Positions 24,601 to 39,600 of a stretch of DNA of 64,000 nt are shown here, piece after piece. Both the position numbers and the translations under genes were made by a program. The notes beneath the pieces are model-generated. The model was not told where the DNA came from and did not search any database. It was given only the letters and a program-made list of their open reading frames with translations. Source of the DNA: Callorhinchus milii (Eukaryota); contig NW_024704742.1 of the NCBI RefSeq assembly GCF_018977255.1, positions 87,668,001 to 87,732,000 of the forward strand. Direction: 5' to 3'. Within the stretch, counting starts at the first letter, position 1, and each line of letters opens with the position of its first letter.

Positions 24601-27600
24601 ATATGGGGTGAATTACATGTTTGACTCTTCACTTTCCCCCCCTCCCCATCCGCTCCAAATGTCCCATAGCTTTTTTTGGGGGGTGGGGTGGCATACAGCT
24701 CATGCATTTTATTTTAACTTCCATAGTTACTCAGTCAGAAGAAATGTTTTAATATTGTGATGTTTCAGATACCAGTAGATGCCATGTCAATGAATTCAGC
24801 TGTGGTGCTGGATCTCTTCGTTGTATTCCTGTCTCCTGGAAATGTAATGGAGGAAAGGACTGTGATGACAGCAGTGACGAGGATAATTGTGGTAGGTTCT
24901 TTATAAACATTTAGCTAAAGAGAGAGCAACTTCATCTAAAACACAGCTGTCAGAAAAGCTTTCAAGTTGCCAATAAAGATGAAAATAAGCAAGTGACCAC
25001 TTGAATTCAGTGATGTGATTGTAAACTCTTACTGGATCAGCATCAACAATGGACCAATTTTTAAATCCTTGCCCAGTCTTAAACAACATTAATTATTTTT
25101 TGAGGGGGGGAATAAACCTCTGGATCCAGCCTATTGAATGGAACATGTGGGACATTAAGTAAATAAAAAGTAATTCAACTATTCTTTGGAATGAGATCGA
25201 CAAACTCATCAAAGACAACTTGGGTCTATTTGAATAGGACCTACCTATTCAGATTAAGCTTCACCATTCTGCTTTGCATCAAAGGAAATCTTATATTTGA
25301 TATATATTTCCCATTGTTCAAAAGTATCCAAAGAATTTGGAGAAGAGCACACGCAAACTAGAATTTACTTAGTGATGAAGAAAACCTCATGGCTAATGGT
25401 CTCATTTAATTTTATCTTTCAGCCCAGCCTTCTTGCAATCCATTAGAATTCACATGCTCCAGTGGGCGTTGTGTTTCCAAGACCTTTGTTTGCAATGGGG
25501 AGGATGACTGTGATGATGGAAGTGACGAACAAGGGTGTCGTACACCTACCTGTGGGCCACATGAGTTTCAGTGTAATAATTTGGAGTGTATCCCACTGAC
25601 CTGGGTGTGTGATACCAAAAATGACTGTTCAGATGACTCTGATGAATCTGCAAGCTTCTGTATGCGCACCCTTTCTCCTGTAACCTGTTCTCCTAGTGAC
25701 TTCCAGTGTAGTTCAGGTGAATGCGTTCACCACCTCTGGCACTGTGACGGAGACCTTGACTGTAAAGATGGAAGTGATGAAGTGAGCTGCCGTAAGTAGC
25801 TTTATTTTCTGTCCGGAATCACCTTTTTTGTATTTGTAAAGTACAGGCTGCCATTAAATATTTCCCTATACACTCAGTTTAAACGAGTTGTATTGAGTTA
25901 GTGCAGCGACTATAATCCAATAGACTTTTCTGATTTTTAAATCATGTGCTGAAGATGTTCCATCCTTGTAAATTCTTAGTATAAGCCAATTTCAAGAGTG
26001 CATTTGCCTTCTCTAAATGTAGCACTCTTGATACTTCAAAATAAGACATTTCGACCTTTCAATTCTTGCAATGTGAAACTATTTCTGTTCTTTAAATGAA
26101 ATTTGCATCTCGCTTCCACAAAACTGAGTCACCTATTTCAAGTTGATGTTCCATAATGCAGACTTTTACTGAAGCAATATGTCAAAGAGGCTGCTGGTGT
26201 GACAGTAGTTCTGCCTGGGGAAACCAAGCACACTCACCACTGCCTGGCTGAATGTACTTGCTCAGATCAGGCTGGTACTCTAGTGCTTTGCTGGGGGAGT
26301 GTCGAATTGTCTGAAGTACCATCCTTTGGAATGAGATGTTAAATCTCTCATCTGCCTGAACTTTTATCCTGATTTTTCAGCAACTCAAACATGTAGACCA
26401 GATTACTTTAGATGTGATGACGGCAACTGTATTCATGGAAGAAGGAAATGTGATGAGTTTAAGGACTGCAATGATGGCAGTGACGAGGTCAACTGCAAGA
26501 ATGGTGAGCACCCAATTAAATGAAGCAACGTTAGGCTTTCATTTCCAAGCCAAAAGTTTGATCTTTGTTTTTTCTGCAGTTTCAGAGTGCAAGGGACCAA
26601 ATGACTTCAAGTGTCAAAGTGGAGAATGTATAGACATCGCCAAAGTATGTAACCGTATTCAGGACTGTAGGGACTGGAGTGATGAGCCCTTTAATGGATG
26701 TAGTAAGTGCTTAAGGCTTGTAGTTATTGCTATTTTCTGTTCAATCATAAAGCAAAGTCTCAAGTATGTTGTATATCATTGAAGTTGATCTTTGATCTGG
26801 CAATTTTCTAAGCATCTAAACATCTTCTCATCACTCAGCAGTTTAATTCTGTGCCTGGTGTGGTACTAAATGGAGGGAAATAATTGCTTTGCTAGAGGAC
26901 TTGCTCGGTGGCAACTCTTTCAGCCACTGTGCCCCGAAATTCTGGAACACTCTTGGTCTATCCCTTCATCTTGACCCTTTCCCATCTTCAGGTCATGCTA
27001 GAAGACCTTCCTCTTTGACCGGGCCTACGGTCACCTCTGGCTCGGCGTCGTGCTCTGCCACTGTTGAGCGCACTAGGATGCTACCCTGCATGAAGGGCAT
27101 TTTATGTTGACTCTTATAAACAGATTTTTTTCACATCCACTACTCGTTTCATTCATCCACAAGATTCCGTTTGAGCCTCAAACAAGGAGACGTAAATGTA
27201 AGATGGACAAATTTTGGAGGAACTTCCTATAGAGGGTAGGAGAGAATATGGAACTTGCTGCTGGAAGCTGCGGTTGAAATAGAAAGAATTCTTTAAGAGG
27301 AAATTTGATGCTACATAAGGAAATGGAGGGATTGGGTAGAGGCTCAGAGTATAAGTATTAACATGGGCTGGTTGAGCCAAAATGGCCTATTTCTGTGCTG
27401 TATGTGCAATGTTAGTGCATTGCTACGTTTCCCTTCATTTGTCATCCATATTTATATGGTACATTTCACATCAGGAGAATGTCTCAAAGCACTTTACACA
27501 GCTGATTGGGCAGCCAAGAGGGGTGGGGAAATGACTGAAGGGCAGCCCCAGTGAGATTTATCTACATAATGAATATAATGATTAAACGCTCTGAGATGCT

Positions 27601-30600
27601 ACCTTGCTATAATTTCAGAACTAGTTTTCATCCCTTATAGACTTGATTGCTTGTGTCTTTTCAATAAGTGTTTGGAATGTTTATGGCATGCTTCAAAACC
27701 AGATAGATTTGGGGTTTGTGGAGAAGGAAGGGGAGTGAAACCTGACTCGTAACCTGTCAGTATTTGTTCTCTAGCCTACTACTGCTGTCTTCAACTGACT
27801 GGAGCTTATTAAACTTCAAATACTTTTTTCCCCATTCTGCAAGAAGTTTGCAAACTTTAAATTGTTGGCTGTAGTTGGCTCAAATTGATTTTTTTGGCAA
27901 AATGTCTCTTGTGCATTTGGAATCTGTCCATCTCTTCAGTTGGTTCACGTCAGGAAAGCACCAATGTGCTCTTTGGTTTAGTTTCATAAACCCATGTTCT
28001 TAAAGCGCACATGTTTGTGTGTGTTCCTTCTTTAGAGAAAGACTGCACTACAAAGCTACTGCAGCAATAATAATTAATTTTCTGCTGTTTAAAACCTGGG
28101 ATTTAATCAGTTGACTTGGCTATCAAAAATCCTTGTGTGTGATTATCGAGTCTGGTGGTCAAATGACCAGAAGACTTCATTGTTTCATCAAAAAGGTCAA
28201 TAAGTTTTCTTCCATAAGCAATATGTCAAAATTATTTATATTAAAACAAAAGTAAGTTCCAAGCAGCATATGTCAGAAGTAGCATCTAGTTTGTCAAATT
28301 GGCATCAAATGCTGATCTTGGCTTCAGAAACTATCGTTGCAACCAACTAATTTTTGCAAGGGTTAAGGTTGCCAAAAGCTGTGTTGCCATAGCATATGTT
28401 AATTAATGTGGCATCTGTTCTTTTCTGCTCCCAAAAGCCATTTGAAACTATTGTACTGAAATGTGAGGTTTCTCTCTGTAGAGTTGAATGAGTGCCTGGT
28501 GAACAATGGTGGCTGCTCTGACATCTGCAAGAATCTGGTCCTTGGTTACGAATGTGATTGCCCATCTGGTTTGGAGTTGGTTGATGGAAAGAACTGTGGT
28601 GGTAAGTTGGCTGATTCATAACCAGATTCAAGAGATTTGACCTCATTTTATGTAACTATTCCATTGCCACCAGGCTCCATGACCCCACCCCTTGCCCGAC
28701 TCCACTGGCTCCCCATGCCCCAGAGGATTGAGTTCAAGATCCTCGTCCTCACCTTTAAGGCCATCCATGGCCTTGCCCCCTCCTACCTCTCTGATCTGCT
28801 GACTCCCTACCAACCTGCCCGCTCCCTCTGTTCATCGGGCTCCGGTCTGCTCCATGTCTACCGCCCTACCATTGGTGGCCGGGCTTTCAGCCTTTCTGCC
28901 CCCACACTCTGGAACTCCATCCCATGGTCCCTTTGCCTCACTTCCTCCCTTGCCTCCTTCGAGGCCGGTCTCAAGACCCTTCTCTTCGACCGTGCCTTTG
29001 GTCTCCCTCCCAACTCTCTGCCTTCTCTCACCCCTACACCACCCCTCCCCCATGCTCGGGCCCTGACATCTGACTGTTCAGCGCTTTGGGACGTCCTCCC
29101 GATGTGAAAGGCGCTCTATAAATGTAATGTTATTGTTGCTAATTTTTTGCAGATATTGATGAGTGCCAAAACCCTGGAACCTGCAGTCAACTTTGCATCA
29201 ATTTAAAAGGAAGTTATAAATGTGAATGTCGTGCAGGATACCGCATGGATCCAGCTTCCGGATTTTGCAAGGCAGTAGGTGGGTATGTTTTCAACAAGCA
29301 GTGACTTTCAGCTAAACACTATTGCCAATTGCTAGGGGTACAAATCTATGGGTGCTGGGGAAAGCCCACTTGTGCTTGATAGATTATTAGAACTATTGCC
29401 ATTCCTTATCTAAGTCTCCAATTCTGTGCAGCTTTCTCCTGTCTTGGATCTGATGCAATTCCAGTCAATCTTTCCAGTGTTTGTCTATTATGATAATTGC
29501 CGCTTCTTCTCTCCTATTAGCCAAGTATTGGTCCCATTTTAATATTGGTTTATCATAGAATTATACAGCACAGGAGGAGGACAATTTGATGTGTGAAAAA
29601 AATTCTCCACCTCCTATTTTTTTAAGAACTATTTTAAATCGGTGTCCTCGGGTTACCGACCCACCCGCCAGTGGAAATAGTTTCCTCTTGTTCACCCTAT
29701 TGAATCCCCTCATAATTTTGAATTCTTATTAATTCTCCTCTTAACCTTCTCTGCTCCAAGGAGAATAATCCTGGCTTCTCTAGCCTCTCCTGATAACTGA
29801 AGTCCCTCATTCCTGGTACCATCCTTGGCACTGCCTCCAATACTTGACATCCTTCCTAAAGTGTGGTGCCCAGAACTGAACACAATACTCTAGCTGAAGC
29901 CTAACTAATGTTTTATAATTGTGTTTTACAGCACGATTCCTTAAACATGTTCCAAAGCATGGATACAACCTACCTAAATGTGGACTGAGTGTTCTAAATT
30001 ATTGATCCAATTGAATTTAAATTATACTTCAGGAATAATAGACAATTCAATGTGTTGCACATTTCTGTACAGTACATACTTGAAAGTGTTGTGAATGCAA
30101 ACATGTTGAATATCAATGAAGGATCTTGATTAAAATAAAGTACTAATATGATTTTAATTGTGCTCTTCACAAATCACTGCTAAGAGTATTCCAGAATTCA
30201 CCATAGGAATTGATAACCTTTGCACTAAATCTTTGACCTTTCTGATAGGAAAGGAACCCTACCTGATCTTCACTAATCGCCATGACATTAGGAAACTGGG
30301 ACTCCACCACAAAGAGTACACCCAGATAGCTGTGCAGCTGCGAAATGCAGTGGCGTTAGATGCTGACATTGCTGCACAGAGGATTTTCTGGCCTGACTTG
30401 GGAGAGCAGGCGATTTTCAGGTAGGTAAATATTTGAATACAGCAATTGTATTCCTGAAACTACTTTGCAATACTGAAATGCCCGTCCACAATACTTAAAC
30501 TCCTATCATAGCTTTTTTTTTTAGCTGTGGTAGTTAATGCACAACACGTGGCCATGTGGTGGATTATTTGAACATGTCACCAGGCTTAACTTTAAATGAT

Positions 30601-33600
30601 TAAGTATGATTCTTCATCCAAGCCTGAACATAGCTGAATTTGTTACATCTAATTGAGCTGCTGGGTTATATTCAGGCCAAAGAACTGTGAACTTGCATCT
30701 GTGCACCATGAGACATTATTGCTATGGGCTTAATATTGGTACATTTGACAATGATCCAAGAGATTAGTTCAAAAGAATTCCACGATAACCCCATCACTTT
30801 TCTTTCTACATGTATGACAATTTTGTCTTTCCAAAATATTTTTCGGGAGTTTCATTAAAGTTGAGCAAAGTTAAATTGCTCTTATGAGCAATTTCCAATG
30901 TAGTGTACAGAATTAGATCTTCATGCTATGTCCTTTCTTTTGCAGCATGTCCATGGATAAGTGGGAAGGCACAGCTGGTATACCCAGACTGGTCAAGGGT
31001 GCCCAAATGCCTGTGGGAATTGCTGTGGACTGGATCTACAAACACATCTACTGGACTGATCGTGGGACTAAAACCATATCTGTGGCTACCTTTGATGGAA
31101 CCAAATCTAAGATTCTTTTTGACACTGACTTGAGGGAACTAGCTTCTGTAGCAGTTGATCCGCTAACAGGGTATTGAACTTTACTAACGTTGGGTGTTCC
31201 TTGGTGTAAATACAACATGAGGTTTGTTTAAAAAAAAGTCCTGCCTAAATACATATCTTATTGTGGTATTATTTACTATAAAGTATTGTAAGTAAATATC
31301 TCGGGTTTCAAAATTCTAATATTAAAGTATTAGGCTGGGTCAGCAAAAAAAAAGCTAAGGGGGAAGAAATTACTAGGATGGGTAAAAGCGGCCTAGATGT
31401 GTTTGGAATTCTGGGGCCGAAGGAGTTGATAGCATTGCTTTACTTCCCTCAACCAGGTCACGTTTTTACATTACAGAAGGTGGCAAGTCACCAAAAGTTG
31501 CTAATAAGACTGATTGGGATGTTTTGCTTAACTGCATTGCCGTACCAAACTTTAATCCCAAAGTACTTTCTAAATATGTACATCAAAACCTTTACTTGCA
31601 AAATTATCTATTATGTTGCAGATTCATTTACTGGTCTGACCTGGGAGAACAAGCTGCCATTGAAAAAGCAGGAATGAATGGTGGTCATCGCCAACTCCTG
31701 GTTAACACCAACATTCAATGGCCAAATGGCATTGCCCTTGGTAAGTTACGTTAAACCAGTAGAGGGAGCACTTTTCCAATGTTTCACATAAATAAAGCCT
31801 GGTTTATCCACTGCTATTTTCTCCACAGATTTTGTGAAAAGCCGCCTCTATTGGGTTGACTCCAAACTGCATATGGTATCGAGTGTGGACCTAAATGGTC
31901 AAAATAGAATTGACCTCTTCTCCCAGTTCCTCGTTCATCCTTATGCTGTAGCGTTCTATGAGGTGAGATGTGTTTGGCTGGAAAAAGGTGGAATCAAAGT
32001 AGGATGTGAACCGTTGCCCTTTGATGTATGATGAGAGCTGAATTTTTGGGGCTCACTTTTCAGACATAAAATATAACATTTTAGCTTCTAAGAAATCACA
32101 GATCTTCACTAACTTTACCATTGACTTAAGAAAAAGCATCCTCTCTGCTCAAATTTTAAGATTAAACTTTATTAAGTACTAACGATTAGACTAACTTCAA
32201 CAGATATCCTGTCCTATGTGTGTTTAATATTATTAACTAAGTTTTCTGACAAGCCAGATAGACACAATATTATGTTCCTATTCAGAACAGATGGCCTCTG
32301 AATAGTATTCAGTCCAACTGAACATTCAATTCCAGTGATCAACAAATGATCATAATTTCAGCAGTGGTTAAATGATACTTGCCTTGGAACAAACTGTAAT
32401 TTTTTGCTGTAGGATCGTATCTTCTGGACTGATGGGGAGAATAACACCATCTATGAAGCCAACAAATTCACAGGAGCGGATGTGGTGGTTTTAGCTTCTA
32501 GCCTTAAAGAACCTCGGGGCATCATTGTCTATCATGAGCTGATGCAACCATCTGGTAGGAATTCAAATCTGGGGTGTAATATTTGATTTTTTTTTTAAAT
32601 GTAGGAAGATTATGCCTATCTTTCCTTAGGTTAAGTCATTTATACTCTAGTGCAATTCTGCCCCCCTCCCCCCACAGTCTGGTGCACTAGTTTAAACTGG
32701 TGGCTTGCACCAGAATGGCTTCAATGTCGTGAATCGGCTCGGCAAGATTCCACACGTCGTGATTTAATATTGCTGAATGCTGCCTTGACTTGATAGATGC
32801 TACCAGTTGTTTTTTTCATCCTTGCCTATTTCATTGAATATCTATTGATGTTTATTACCAAGCAGATTTTTTTAACTCCTGCTCCATTTGACGGATAGGT
32901 CTTCAGATGTATTTTTTTTAAAAAATTGATGCAGAATATTTAATATTGGAAGATCCCTTCAAAGTATTGGTCATTGTTAGGCCTGCTAGCTTTTGCAAAA
33001 CAAGAAATTGTTAGGAATTGGAAGTGCAGGAAAATGAATGAATTCTGATTTTCTCTCCAAGGTTATCTCTGAAGCAGTTCTCGGGTTCATCCATGCATTT
33101 TGCACTGATTTGCCATAAAATGCAATGCAATAATGGGAGAGGCATCTGAGCACTAAATCTGCCATTTATTTATTAAATTTGTTAACCTGTGTAGTTTTAT
33201 TTTCTATATAGTGGATCTACTGCAGAATGCAACTTGTGAAATTCTAAGCCAGAATCAGCTTAATGAACCACAAAATTTGCTAATATTTATAACACTGATT
33301 GTGACCTTCAGTTTGAATATCTTTAAAAGAGGTAGCTTATGCGATAGTGGAGGCCTTATGTCTGTTCTTCCAAAATTCCTTGGATTCTGGAACAGTCCCC
33401 ATGGATTGGAAGATCGCAAATGTCACACCACTATTTAAAAAGGTGGAAAAGAAAAGATGGGGAACTCTAGGCCAGTTAGTCTCACATCAGTGATAGGAAA
33501 AATTTTAGAATCATTGATTAAGGATGTGATAGTGCGGTATTTAGGGGAGCACAATATAATTAGGCCAAGTCAACATGGCTTTACAAAAGGGAAGTCATGT

Positions 33601-36600
33601 TTGACAAATCTCATAGAGTTTTTTGAGGACATTTCAAGTAAACTAGATAAGGGTGGATCAGTGGATGTGGTCGATTTGGACTTCCAGAAGGCATTCGATA
33701 AGGTGCCGCATAAAAGGTTAGTCCAAAAAATAAGGGCCCATGGAATTGGGGGGAGCATATTAACGTGGATTGGGGAATGGTTAACGGGTAGGAAACAAAG
33801 AGTAGGGATAAACGGGTCCTTTTCGGATTGGTGGGATGTGACTAGTGGAGTGCCACAAGGATCAGTCCTTGGGCCTCAGCTATTTACCATCTACATCAAC
33901 GATCTAGATCAGGACATCAAAGTTAATATCTAAATTCGCGGATGACACAAAACTAGGAAGAAGTGCCAACACAGAGGACGACATTAAAAAAATGCAGCAA
34001 GACATAGATAGGTTAGGTGATTGGGCAGGTAGGTGGCAGATGAAGTATAATTTAGGGAAGTGCGAAGTCATCCACCTGGGTAGCAAAAACAGTAGAGCGG
34101 GTTATTTTTTAGAAGGGGAGAGATTGGAATGTGTTAGCGTCCAGAGGGACTTGGGTGTCCTTGTACACCAATCACAGAAAGTTAGTCTGCAGGTGCAGCA
34201 GCAATTAGGAAGGCGAACGGTATGTTAGCATTCATTATGAAAGGATTAGAGTATAAGAGTAGGGAAGTCTTGCTGCAACTGTATAGGGCCCTGGTGAGAC
34301 CACACCTGGAATACTGTGTCCAGTTTTGGTCTCCTCATTTAAGGAAGGACGTACTTGCCTTGGAGGGGGTGCAGCGTAGATTTACTAGGTTAGTGCCAGG
34401 GATGAAGGGGATGAGTTACGAGGATAGGCTGACCAATTTGGGCCTATATTCTCTAGAATATAGAAGAATTAGAGGGATCTTATAGAAACCTATAAGATCA
34501 TCAAAGGGCATGATAGAGTAGATAGTGGGAGATTGTTTCCCCTGGTTGGAGAAACTAAAACCAGGGGTCACAAACTTAAAATCAGAGGCCAGCCCTTTCG
34601 CACTGAGTTGAGGAAGAACTTCTTCACTCAAAGGGTGGTAAATGTATGGTACTCACTACCCCAAAGGGCTGTTGACGCTCAGTCCTTGAACATATTCCTA
34701 AAGTTATTCTTTAGATTTATCTTCCTTCTTATACGCACTCTAGCTGGTAACCTTCAATTCAGTGGCAGTTATTGTAACAAACTCTTATTTACAGGCAGAA
34801 ACTGGTGCAATGAGAGCTTGCAGAATGGAGGCTGTGAATTCCTGTGTCTCCCTGCTCCTCAGATCAACAGTCATTCCCCAAAATACACTTGTGTCTGTCC
34901 ATCAGGAAAGAACCCAGATAAAGGGGAACCATGTAGAACTGGTAAATAGTTTCAGGTTTTTTTTCTCCATCTCGCCCGCACCCTCCACTCTCCTTCCGAA
35001 TGTCCTACATGGTTCATTGATTGAATATATCAGATCTACTTACACTTCACTGTTGCCAAAACTGGTCATGGGTGTTATTGTATTTGAAAAGTGGATGAGC
35101 TAGTATCATCTGGGGGTAAATGATATTCAGAGAATTAACATTTACAAGCATGTGTATAGCTGGTGTCAAATTACAACTAAAGATTGAATGAGAAACTATT
35201 GTCTAGGTTTAATTCCTGATTTCCGCTAACTTTCTAATTGATGCCATGTTTCATAAACAAACTGGTGAATAGGCATTATCAATTTGCAGTTCCTAGTTGC
35301 AAAGTTTTACTAGTTCTGTACCGTATGACTTTTCTCCACCAGCCAAGGTTACTTGCAGAGAGTCTGACTTCAGGTGCCACAATGGAAGATGTGTAATTGG
35401 GAAATGGCGGTGTGATGGGAATCCTGACTGCGAGGATGGATCTGATGAATATCCAGAACTCTGTCGTAAGTATCCCTATAGGAACGCGTTTTTTTTGTGA
35501 CTCATTTGTTCTCTGTAAATGCTCAAACATTCAAAGAGCCTACACTGCATTGGATGACACAAGCTCTCCTAAATGTCTGAACAATCTAGAATCCATAACT
35601 TGCCCCTGGTAAGTCTTTTCAGTGACTGCAACAGCAATTGCTGTCTTCGACACATGTAACGACTATTCCTTGCTGAACATCTTGTAAAAGCAGTAGTTAT
35701 GAGTGGAAAATGTTCGTCTCGCCCCCAGTCGATTTATTCGTTCCATTTGTTCAAAGAGCTGGGAATGAATGGTACTTTCAACTCAAGGTTACCAGAGATG
35801 TTATGCATTGTCCCTTGAAGAAGGCAAGTATGCTTTGTTTGAACAGCTTTGGATACACTTTTCAGAATAGTGTAATGAAACTAGTGAAAAACAGAATTAC
35901 TGGCATCTGTGCTAAAATTCTTTGAATGTATTTTTCCCCCCTCAGGGCTATGCCTTAGAAAGGTATATTCAATACTTGAACATAAATGCCAATATTAAGT
36001 ATTCATTGGTATGTAACAGTTTCTGTATTCTAATCTACCTAATCTATCTCGTGGAGTCCTGTAGCTCAGTGGTTAGAGCACTCGCTTTGCAAGTGAGAGA
36101 CCTGAGTTCAATTCCAGGCAGAGGGCGAAACCTTGGGCAAGTTTCCTTACTCCACACAGAGCCTAATAATAATCCCTCCAAAACTAAAAACAATAATTAA
36201 ATTGGTCATTTTCAATCTACGACTGTTTGTGGGACATTGCTGTGCGCAATTGGCTGCCGCGTTCGCCCACAAATATACAGTCAATTCACTTTACAGTGTG
36301 TTCTGTGAAGCGCTTTGGGACGTCCTCCCGACGTGAAAAGCGCTATATCAAATGCAAGGATTATTATTATTATTATTATTATTAAAAGGCAGGGCAGGAA
36401 ATCACTGAGCGAGCGATAACAAAATAGCTTAATCCTGACTTTTAGGAAAGGTTTACAAATATTATAAACCTTGCTGGTATATTAATTGTCTAATTATGTA
36501 CCCTTCCAGTGTTGACTTGAACTGTGTAGCTACGCCCCTGTGCTGTGACAAGTGCTCTTTGCAGTTAACCGGAGTGCAATCTGCTTTTTCAGAGACTAGT

Positions 36601-39600
36601 TCATGCAATATCAATGAAATTGCCTGTGGCCCTGGATCTCTTCATTGTATTCCTGTCTCCTGGAAATGTGATGGAGAAAAGGACTGTGATGATGGCAGTG
36701 ACGAGGAGAACTGCGGTAAGCAGATGAGACTTCTTTTGATTTTTTAAATGTTTCAAGACCTTTACTGTTCTTAAATGCTTGTGTTCAGAATAGTCAATTG
36801 AGTTTATTTAAGTTGCCATGATGTAGTTCTAAGTGGATCAGCACTAGATTTTGGCATCCTGAGGTTGTGCCTTGTGAAAGCACTTTAGGGTATCAAACTT
36901 TCGCCTTGCTCAGTACCTTTGTGGTCTAATTATATGGTCATGGTTTGGCTCACACATAGTCCAGGCTGACACTCCAGTGCAATCCTGGAGGAGTGCTGTG
37001 TTATCAGACATGCTATCCTTTAGATGAGATGTTAAAGTCCCTTCTACCTGATGGTAAAGATCATGTGACTCTTTGAAAAAGAGTTTCTGTGTCCTGGCTA
37101 ATATAATGTATAATAATAATCCTTGCATTTAATATAGTGCCTTATCATACCATCTAGATGTCTCAAAGCGCTTCACAGGGCATATTGTAAAGTGAATTGA
37201 CTGTATATTTTATGGCCAAAATGCAGCAGCCAATTGCGCACAGCAGTGTCCCAAATGGTCGTGGATTAAAGGACCATATTTTTTTTTAAGGGATTATTAT
37301 GCCCTGGAAAAGCGATCCGCCAATAGGCTAACAACTAGTTAGTTAAACTGGTGGCTCCCCTAATTAAATTGGTCGCTCACTTCATAATTGTTTCTGGGAT
37401 AGTGTGGCATGAAATTAGTTGTTGCCTGCATCACTTACAAGATAGTCAATAACATCAAAGTAAATTCTGTGAAGCTCAGATTTCCTCCTGACATGAAACG
37501 CTGTCAAATGATATAAGAGCTATATCTTGAATCATGTTAGAATATCTCTGATCAAGGAGATCCCATTGGCAGTCAGGAATTAAGCTAACCTATCTAGTCC
37601 ACTTGACGTCAATGGTATCTCTGCAGTCTAGCTATGCAAAATTCATCAACTTCACGTCAAGCTGGAGTTTTTTCAAATTGTTCAAAAGTTTGCAAAGATA
37701 ATTTTGCTGCCTTAAATTAGGGCTATTTGAATGGTTGGTAGTGGTTCTGACTGAAATTGAATTGGGTGATTTTTTTTGTTTCATTTTTCAGCCCCACTTA
37801 CTTGCAGTCCATTGGAGTTCACATGCTCCAGTGGTCGATGTGTTTCAAAGACCTTTGTCTGCAATGGGGAGGACGACTGTGGTGATGGAAGTGATGAATA
37901 CAACTGCGTTCTTCTGGCCTGTGGCCCTCACCAATTTCAGTGCAGCAGTTCTGACTGTATCCCACTGAACTGGGTGTGTGATGACAATGCTGACTGTACA
38001 GACAAGTCTGACGAGTCTCCAGCCTTCTGTGGGCACACACTTCCCCCTCTTGTCACCTGTTCTCTGAATGAGGTTCAGTGTGGTTCAGGGGAATGTCTCC
38101 ACCGGCAATGGTATTGTGATGGCGACGCTGACTGCAAAGATGGAAGTGATGAAGTTGATTGTCGTAAGTGGCTCTCTCTTATAGTGCAGGATTTGCTGAG
38201 TGATCGTGCTTTACCAGAAGTAGTGTTTCACGCGTTGGCTCAAGGTCAACATGTAGATTGTTGTTGTAGGTTGATGCTTCCTGCGTACTATATGCAGGAA
38301 GTGCCACAAATGTTGCTTCCTGCATGTAGCATGCATAGCAAGTGTGTAAAGTGATGACCTGGAAGACGGTCTTTTTTGTGCTTTGTATCAATATGGGGTC
38401 TTGGTATTAGGAGATTGGCCTGTACTTAGCGTGAGGGAATACTTTGATTCAAAACATTTCTTCCATTTCCCATAATTCTTGCCTTTTGAAATAGCGAGAA
38501 AATCTCAAAGTTCTTTACAAAGAATCTGAGCTGGAACGAATTGGAGCAGGGATGGGAGGTGGCCATAGGTGCAGTCTGAGAGAGGTTTTTGAAACGGGTG
38601 GAGGGAGAGGTGGAAGGTTGTTGGAAGAATTCCAAAGGTGTGGGCAAAGTGTCTGAAAGCTTCACCATTGGTGGGACATTGTGGAAAGGATATGAAATAG
38701 CCATCAATCAATTCTGGGCCATATGTTCACCAGGCTGGTTCTAGCACAGAGCTTAGATTTGACTACAAAGGTACCACGGTGTATTAGTATGATTCAGCCA
38801 GCTATGGTAGTCAACAGAGGCGAGATTTAAGCCTTGTGCTCTCTGATGCACTGGCAGAGGTGACTGCTGAGAGGGTAGAAGTGATTGGTGTACCAGGGAC
38901 ATTGGCAGAGATACAAAGCAGTTCAGGATTTGATGGTTGAGGCAGGGTATTGAGTAAGTTGACTAGCACAATAAAAGCAGTGTGCTCCTGATGAGCAAGG
39001 TAGGATTTACAATAAATCGGTTTTCATGTCCTCCCCCGATATGAAAGGCGTTTTACAAATGTAATTTTGTTGTTGTTGTATTTTAGTGTAAGCTATATTT
39101 ATAACTTTTTTCCAATTTTGGAAGCTTAAAAACTAATTCAAGGTCAAGGAATGGATGTGGGGGAGGAAGGATAACTGGGGATTGAACCTGACGCCTAAGT
39201 TGCACCCAAGTTCAGAGAGTTTTAAGGACAGGTCGGGTAGGTTGAGGAGATCGGAACCATGGGACAGAAGACGTTGACGGGAGTCAAAGCGTATGTCTTC
39301 TGTCTTGTTAATGTTTAACTGCAGAAAATTCGCATTCATCCAGCTCTTGATGTCTGACAGACAAGCTGACAAACATCAGGGGACTGGGGGTCACAGCTGG
39401 AGGTGGAAAAGAGGAGTTGAGTGTCATCCGCATACATGTGGAAATTAATCCAGTATCTGCGGATGACATCACCGAGAGGGAGCATATAGATGAGGAAGAG
39501 AAGGGGCCCAAGGATGGATCCTTGGGGTACCCCGCAGGTTACCAGGTAGAAGCAAGAAGAAAAGCCATTTGCAGAAATGTGGTGCTGGCAGTTTGTAAGG

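Noticed and set aside
36051-36125. tRNA-like sequence (also at 59857, and reversed at ~17000-17068 and ~51410-51475)
   Set aside because: Each runs into a shared body and an (ATT)n tail, so these are SINE heads rather than tRNA genes.
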